This document shows positions 57,000-64,000 of a stretch of DNA of 64,000 nt, in pieces. This stretch comes from Eledone cirrhosa. Lineage: Eukaryota. The notes beneath the pieces were generated by a model. It was given only the letters and a program-made list of their open reading frames with translations, searched no databases and was not told the DNA's origin. A program made the position numbers and the translations under genes. Location: assembly GCA_964016885.1 (NCBI GenBank), contig OZ024746.1, positions 59,334,001 through 59,398,000 of the forward strand. The letters are read 5' to 3'. Each line of letters opens with the position of its first letter. Position 1 is the first letter of the stretch.

Positions 57000-57057
57000 C
57001 AGCAGCAGTAGTAGTAGTAGCAGCAGCAGCAGAAGCAGCAGTAGTAGTAGTAGCAGC

Positions 57058-57105
<48 letters not shown>
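55620..57105. repeat. (TACACATACA)n-like minisatellite (55620-56438) and (AGT)/(AGC)n tract (56590-57105)
   Basis: Read directly. Confidence 0.95.
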
Positions 57106-57277
57106 TTGTTATATTATGTACTGGGTTGTGTCGGAACCTACCAAAGTGCCAACAATAGTATATTGGCTACAGCTCTGTAATTTTGGGTACGATAAGTACT
57201 GAGAAAAGAGATTACGTCATTTCATAACTATCGCCATTTTGAATTTGTTGATCATCATCATTATTATTATCATCATT

Positions 57278-57607
57278 AGGGCGGTGGATTGGCAGTATCG
57301 GTAGAGTGTCGGACGCCATGCTTTCCAGCATAGTTACGTCCCTTTACGATCTGAGTTCAAATCCCGCCGAGGTTGACTTTGCCTTTCATCCTTACGGGGT
57401 CGATAAAATAAAGTACCAGTAATACACTGGATAATTGCTGGCCTTGTGCCAAAAGTAGAAACAATTATTATTATCATCATTATTATTGTTGTTGTTCAAA
57501 TCCCGCCGAGGTTAACTTTGCCTTTCATCCTTACGGGGTCGATAAAATAAAGTACCAGTAATACACTGGGTAATTGCTGGCTTGTGCCAAAAGTAGAAAC
57601 AATTATT

Positions 57608-57662
<55 letters not shown>

Positions 57663-58600
57663 GGCAGTATCGGTAGAGTGTCAGACACCATGCTTTGTAG
57701 CATAGAGTTATGGTCCTTTGCGTTATGAGTTCAAATCCCGCCAAGGTTAGCTTCTTCGCCTTTCCTCCTTACGGGGTCGATGAAATAAAGCACCAGTAAT
57801 GCACTGGGGTGATTGCTTGCTTTCTGTGATGATGACAATGATGTTGATGATGATAATAATAATAATTGTTTTTACTTTTGGCACAAGGCCAGCAATTATC
57901 CCAGTGCATTACCGGTACTTTATTTTATTGACTCCGTAAGGATGAAAGGCAAAGTTAACCTCGGCGGGATTTGAACTCAGATCATAAAGGGCCGTAACTC
58001 TATGCTACAAAGCATGGTGTCCGACTCTCTGCCAATACTGCCAATTCACCGCCCTTATAATAATAATAATTGTTTCTACGTTTCGCACAAGGCCAGGCTT
58101 ATAATAATAATAATGATTTCTGATATAGGCACAAGGTCAGCAATTTGGGGGTCCATAAAATAAAGTACCAGTAATGTACTGAAATAATTGCTGGCCTTGT
58201 GACAAAAGTAGAAACAATTATTTAAGGGCGGTGGATTGGCTGTATCGGTATAGGGTCGGACACTATGCTTTGCAGCATAGAGTTACGGCTCTTTATGATC
58301 TGAGTTCAAATCCCGCCGAGGTTAACTTTGCCTTTCATCCTTACGGGGTCGATAAAATAAAGTACCAGTAATGCACTGGGTAAATTGCTGGCCTTGTGCC
58401 AAAAATAGAAACAATTATTATTATTATACGTCCCTTTACTGCAGCACAGTTACGTCCCTTTACGGACTGAGTTCAAATCCCGCCGAGGTTAACTTTGCCT
58501 TTCATCCTTATGGAGTCGATAAAATAAAGTACCAGTAATACACTGGAATAATTGCTGGCCTTGTGCCAAAAGTAGAAACAATTATTATTATTACTATTAT
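57278..58600. mobile_element. Dense pile of about 8 SINE family A copies/fragments in both orientations, linked by (ATT)n/(GTT)n
   Basis: Full copies at ~57278-57470 (+), ~57860-58056 (-), ~58225-58425 (+), plus truncated ones. Confidence 0.9.
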
Positions 58601-58824
58601 TATTACCACTAATATCATTACCATTACTATACAGTTCCAGTAGGAATTCAATAATATTTTACACGGTTCACTGAACACGAAAATATGAATAGTTTCTTCT
58701 CTTCCTTTGTCTTTGTATTATTTTTTTATTGTGTGCTTTGTTGTCTCTTGTTTTGTTTTTATTTTATATTTTATTGTTATCTTGATTCAGAGTTACTACT
58801 TTTTCTATTTTTATTGTTATTGTT

Positions 58825-59115
58825 ATTTTTATTTTTTATTTTTTATTTTTATTTTTATTTTTATTTTTATTTTTATTTTTATTTTTATTTTTATTTTTAT
58901 TTTTATTTTTATTTTTATTTTTATTTTTATTTTTATCTTTATCTTTATTTTTATTTTTATTTTTATTTTTATTTTTATTTTTATTTTTATTTTTATTTTT
59001 ATTTTTATTTTTATTTTTATTTTTATTTTTATTTTTATTTTTATTTTTATTTTTATTTTTATTTTTATTTTTATTTTTATTTTTATTTTTATTTTTATTT
59101 TTATTTTTATTTTTG
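58825..59115. repeat. (TTTTTA)n hexamer microsatellite
   Basis: Read directly. Confidence 0.95.
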
Positions 59116-59199
59116 TATTTATTTATTTTTTCTTTCTACTTTATTAATTTGAATTGTGTTTTTTGGTATGTTGGAGAATGATATGGTAGGATATATGTG

Positions 59200-60915
59200 G
59201 TGAAGTATATATATATATATGGTGGCGTGTAGGTGGTGAGGTGTGGTGGTGAGGGTGTGTAGCTGGGGCGGTGGGTGTAGGTGGTGGAGTGTAGGTGGTG
59301 GGGTGTAGGTGGTGAGGGTGTGTAGCTGGGGCGGTGGGTGTAGGTGATGGAGTGTAGGTGGTGGAGTGTAAGTGGTGAAGTATATATATGGTAGTGTGTA
59401 GGTGGTGAGGGTGTAGGTGGTGAAGTATATATATGGTGGTGTGTAGGTGGTGGAGTGTAGGTGGTGGAGTGTAGGTGGTGGGGTGTAAGTGGTGGAGTGA
59501 GAGGTGGGGTGTAGGTGGTGAGGAGTAGGTGGGGTGTATGTGGTGAGGAGTAGGTGGTGTGTAAGGGGTGGGGTGTTGGTGGCGGTGGGGGTATGGGAGA
59601 GGTGGGGTAGGGTGGAGGGGGTTTATGAGGTGAGTTTAATCCGATGGAGTTTAGTTGGTTGTGTCGATGTGGTGGGTATAATGTGGAGGTGTGTATATAG
59701 TTGGCTGGATGTAGTTAGTCTAACATGGTGGCGTTGTAATGACAGTGTTGATGTGTGGAGGGGGTTGTAGTTAGTCTAACATGGTGGCGTTGTGATGACA
59801 GTGTTGATGTGTGGAGGGGGTTTTAGGTAGTTTAATATGGTGGCGTTGTGATGACAGTGTTGATGTGATTGAGGGGTGTAGGTAGTTTAATATGGTGGCG
59901 TTGTGATGACAGTGTTGATGTGTGGAGGGGGTTGTAGGTAGTTTAATATGGTGGCGTTGTGATGACAGTGTTAATGTGTTTGGTGGGGTGTGGGTAGTTT
60001 AATATGGTGGCGTTGTGATGACAGTGTTGATGTGTGGAGGGGGTTGTAGTTAGTCTAACATGGTGGCGTTGTGATGACAGTGTTGATGTGTGGAGGGGGT
60101 TGTAGGTAGTTTAATATGGTGGCGTTGTGATGACAGTGTTAATGTGTTTGGTGGGGTGTAGGTAGTTTAATATGGTGGCGTTGTGATGACAGTGTTGATG
60201 TGTTTGAGGGGTGTAGGTAGTTTAATATGGTGGCGTTGTGATGACAGTGTTGATGTGTTTGGTGGGGTGTAGGTAGTTTAATATGGTGGCGTTGTGATGA
60301 TATTGTTGATGTGTTTGAGGGGTGTGGGTAGTTTAATATGGTGGCGTTGTGATGACATTGTTGATGTGTTTGAGGGGTGTGGGTAGTTTAATATGGTGGC
60401 GTTGTGATGACAGTGTTGATGTGTTTGGGGGATGTGGGTAGTTTAATATGGTAGCATTGTGATGACAGTGTTGATGTGTTTGAGGGGTGTGTGTAGTTTA
60501 ATATGGTGGCGTTGTAATGACAGTGTTGATGTGTTTGAGGGGTGTAGGTAGTTTAATATGGTGGCGTTGTGATGACATTGTCGATGTGTTTGTGGGGTGT
60601 AGGTAGTTTAATATGGTGGCGTTGTGATGACAGTGTTGTGGTGCGGGGGTGTAGGTAGTTTAATATGGTGGCGTTGTGATGACATTGTTGATTTGTTTGG
60701 GGGGTGTAGGTAGTTTAATATGGTGGCGTTGTGATGACATTGTTGATGTGTTTGCGGGGTGTGGTTAGTTTAATATGGTGGCGTTGTGATGACAGTGTTG
60801 ATGTGTTTGGGGGTAGTTTAATATGGTAGCATTGTGATGACATTGTCGATGTGTTTGTGGGGTGTAGGTAGTTTAATATGGTGGCGTTGTGATGACAGTG
60901 TTGTTGTGTTTGGGG
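59200..60915. repeat. G-rich short repeats (GTGTAGGTGGTG..., 59200-59635) followed by a ~55-57-bp minisatellite (~22 copies, 59710-60915)
   Basis: Unit GTAGGTAGTTTAATATGGTGGCGTTGTGATGACAGTGTTGATGTGTTTGAGGGGT. Confidence 0.93.
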
Positions 60916-61487
60916 TTTAAAGCACTCAAGTGTAGGTTGAGGTGGCAAGATGTGGGTGGAGGGGAGGTAGTTAACGGCGATGTGTTGATGCCGTGTACTT
61001 TATATGGTTACGGTGATGTGTGGGTGAGAGAAGGTTCTGTTTCGACGCACCGATAGTAACATCCAACACTTGGCAACGTCACTCAAAAATGAAATATAAC
61101 AATTAAGCTAAACTGTAAGACCGCAGCACATATATACATATGTATGTGTATATATATATATATACATATTTATATATATATATATAAAGAGAGGGAGATA
61201 GAGAGGGGGAGACAGAGATAGTTAGTTTGTGTGTATATATATATATTATTTTGTATATATATATATATAGATAGATATATACATATGCACTTATATATGT
61301 GTGTGTGTGTGTGCGTGTGTGCGTTTGTGCATAGAAGATTGAATACAGAAGTTAGATGTAGGTAGATAGTTAGTTCATTGTTTTATGATCGTTTCAGAGG
61401 GCCGATTGATCACTGGAGATCGATGTATCGACTACCGTGGTAGTGGTTAAATTACTACCTATTTCTTGTCTCGAAATCCCTGTTCAA

Positions 61488-61507
61488 TCGGCTGTCTCCC
61501 TTAGAAA

Positions 61508-61543
<36 letters not shown>

Positions 61544-61584
61544 CTACATATATATATATATAGTGTTTCTAAGGGAGACGGCCG
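61488..61584. repeat. Short inverted repeat around (TA)n
   Basis: TCGGCTGTCTCCCTTAGAAACAC / GTGTTTCTAAGGGAGACGGCCGA. Confidence 0.88.
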
Positions 61585-61592
61585 ATACATAT

Positions 61593-61645
<53 letters not shown>

Positions 61646-61913
61646 GACATATATATATATCACCTTGACCGACCAGTCTGTCGGGCGCCAATCGGTGCCG
61701 CTGGTCACAGCACGTCGTGCTGTTTTAGCCATAAGATAACGCCATCCCACTGGCTGGTCGGGCAGGACGTACTCATTTCTACAGCTGAGTAAACTGGAGC
61801 AACGTGAAATAAACTGTCTTGCTCAAGGAAACAACAGATCACCCCGTCCGAGAATTGAACTCACAACCTTTCGATTACAAGCCCAATGCTCTAACCACTA
61901 AGCCATGCGCCTT

Positions 61914-61984
<71 letters not shown>

Positions 61985-62269
61985 GAGGTTGGTAATGGCA
62001 CATGGAATATATAAGAGACAGAATACTTTTTTGTGAAAAAACATAATTTTATAAGGTAAGGAAATAATAAAGGGTATAAAAAATGACCGGTTTCGATGGG
62101 TCTGTAAAAGCCATCTTTTCAAATGTTGATTAATATTAAGAAAAATTAATAATAAGAAGAGTTAAAATTTGAGATTTGAAAATTCAAGTATAAAATTCAT
62201 TGTGGGATTTCATAGTAGTTTTTATCTTGGTAGCACTAGTTGACTGCTGTGTGCCTTTCTGGTAGTGAA

Positions 62270-62308
<39 letters not shown>

Positions 62309-62389
62309 TATCAGATTAATGTTTAAGCAAAGAGTCGCTGCTTTCACTCTTATATATATATATATATATATACGATATATATATATATA

Positions 62390-62530
62390 TACGATATTAA
62401 CAAATGGAAACTATATATATAAAACCATATTTATTTCATTATACATATTTCAAGAACTTGGTGTCCTTGAAATATGTATAATGAAATAAATATGGTTTTA
62501 TAAATATAGTTTCCATTTGTTAATATCGTA
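62390..62530. repeat. Fold-back inverted repeat (~65-bp arms) next to (TA)n
   Basis: TACGATATTAACAAATGGAAAC...CATATTTCAAG / CTTGAAATATG...GTTTCCATTTGTTAATATCGTA. Confidence 0.9.
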
Positions 62531-62615
62531 TTTTTACTCCAAATATTTGTTGAGTGCTTTATATCAGTTATAAAAATATTTGCTTGTTGTATCCCAACAA
62601 TTTAAATAGAACTTT

Positions 62616-62656
<41 letters not shown>

Positions 62657-62897
62657 GGTCGAAAGGACTAGGATGACAGGATTGGGGAGATAAGTTGAGC
62701 CACTTCTAATTTATTACATGCCCCATGTAGATATCATCTGCTAGCCAAACTCCTACAGTTTGGCTTCCTGTACTCATGTTCAAAACAGATGGCAGGTGTT
62801 AAAGGCGAATCTCTGGCGCCTCAAAACCCGACTGCTCTGGGCATGTGAGGCTCGTCAGCCTTGTTAGGCAACCTATTCGGGAGGAGGGAAACTTTGT

Positions 62898-63615
62898 ACG
62901 TATGCATTCCCTCTTTCTCTTAACATTGAGTAAATTTTTGACCGGCCATCTTCTCGGTGGCAAGAAAGCAAAGTGTTGTCGTCTCTTGCGTATGCTTTCA
63001 TCCTTTGAATCGTAAAAATGTTTCATAAACTTTGAAGGTTCCAGATATTGCGGCCATTTCTAGATTATGAATTAAGGAGCAACGTTCTTTCTCCACAAAT
63101 CCAAGTTCAGTTATACTTTCGACAAGGTGGTTTGGCATATAGCCTGTAGTTCCAATAATAACTATTTCTACTATTGGCACAAGGCCAGCAATTACCCAGT
63201 GCATTATTGGTACTTTATTTTATTGACCCGTAAGGATGAAAGGCAAAGTTAACCTCGGCGGGATTTGAACTCAGAATGGCAAGGTCCGTAACGTCAAAGC
63301 ATGGCGTCCGACCCTCTACCGATACTGCCAATCTACCACCAATAGTTTCAATAATAATGGGTATGAAACTGAACGTCTTTCTTGGATATTGGATCTGCAA
63401 ACTCCTCATCAATGGTCCGTAGATATCCTCCTCTTACGTTTTTCTTACCATATTGACATCAACTGGAGAGCTGACTTCTAAAACAGAGCATGTTTTTAAG
63501 ATGTCCCAAACAACAATATCAGGCTGGTTGTGCTTTAATTCAGTGGCAGTTTTTATTTTTACATTTCACCAGTATCCCTTTGAGTCATTTGTTTCAACAT
63601 ATTCCTCTCTATTTA
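62898..63615 (-). mobile_element. Second 5'-truncated copy of the (CATA)-associated R4-like family, interrupted by a SINE family A copy (~63157-63340)
   Basis: MRSLQIQYPR, FSFIPII, IIGTTGYMP, AAISGT match 36100-36310; 3' UTR GGCCGGTCAAAAA...TTAAGAGAAAGAG is shared. Confidence 0.85.
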
Positions 63616-63845
63616 TGCACGTACATATATGGTGATTGGCAGAATCGGTGGAGCTTCGGACAAAATACCTTCCAGTATTTCTTCCGGCTGTTTATTTTCT
63701 GTGTTCTCATTACGTAACAGTGGTGCCAAGCTGCATTGGGTGTTAGCCTCCCTTGAAAACATGGAAGGGGGAGTATGAGCAGCAACTAGTATTCCATAAA
63801 AAAATGAACCATGCCTAAATTCTTGGTCAATTATTATCGATGGTG

Positions 63846-63928
<83 letters not shown>

Positions 63929-64000
63929 ATGCGTGTGTGTGTGTGTACTTTTGCACACTAGTGTAGATCGATAGTTGATTAGATAGGTGGGTAGATAGCT

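Noticed and set aside
56440-57202. Poly-Ser / poly-Val ORFs
   Set aside because: (AGT)n microsatellite.
57278-57370. tRNA-like A/B boxes
   Set aside because: SINE heads, not foldable tRNA genes.
59710-60915. Regular repeats resembling a CRISPR array
   Set aside because: No unique spacers, no cas genes, eukaryotic context; ordinary minisatellite.
62810-62865. CUGACGA on the minus strand
   Set aside because: Lies in an RTE-like leader fragment; no GAAA at the expected position.

Overview
Repeat-dense, AT-rich animal DNA with no recognisable host gene. The SINE families and (TA)n/(TG)n/(TACA)n microsatellites look cephalopod/octopus-like (inference only). Positions 1-14,100 hold three non-LTR retrotransposons abutting (TAA)n tracts: a minus-strand L1/Tx1-like element running off the left edge, an intact R4/Dong-like element (1216-aa ORF), and a second, divergent, frameshifted R4/Dong-like element. 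The two R4/Dong elements are preceded by a shared ~650-bp block. A CR1-group LINE with CCCH zinc fingers lies at 46.9-51.1 kb. There are also decayed R4-like and RTE fragments, many tRNA-derived SINE copies, hAT and pogo-like MITEs and a ~56-bp minisatellite. The main unannotated signal is a set of minimal type I hammerhead ribozyme motifs (CUGANGA...GAAA-palindrome-UH) in (TA)n-embedded non-coding inserts: three in a 469-nt tandem array (retrozyme-like), two back-to-back in a 408-bp perfect palindrome, several solitary or decayed ones, and a ~600-nt terminally redundant element present twice. All pairings and alignments were done by eye.
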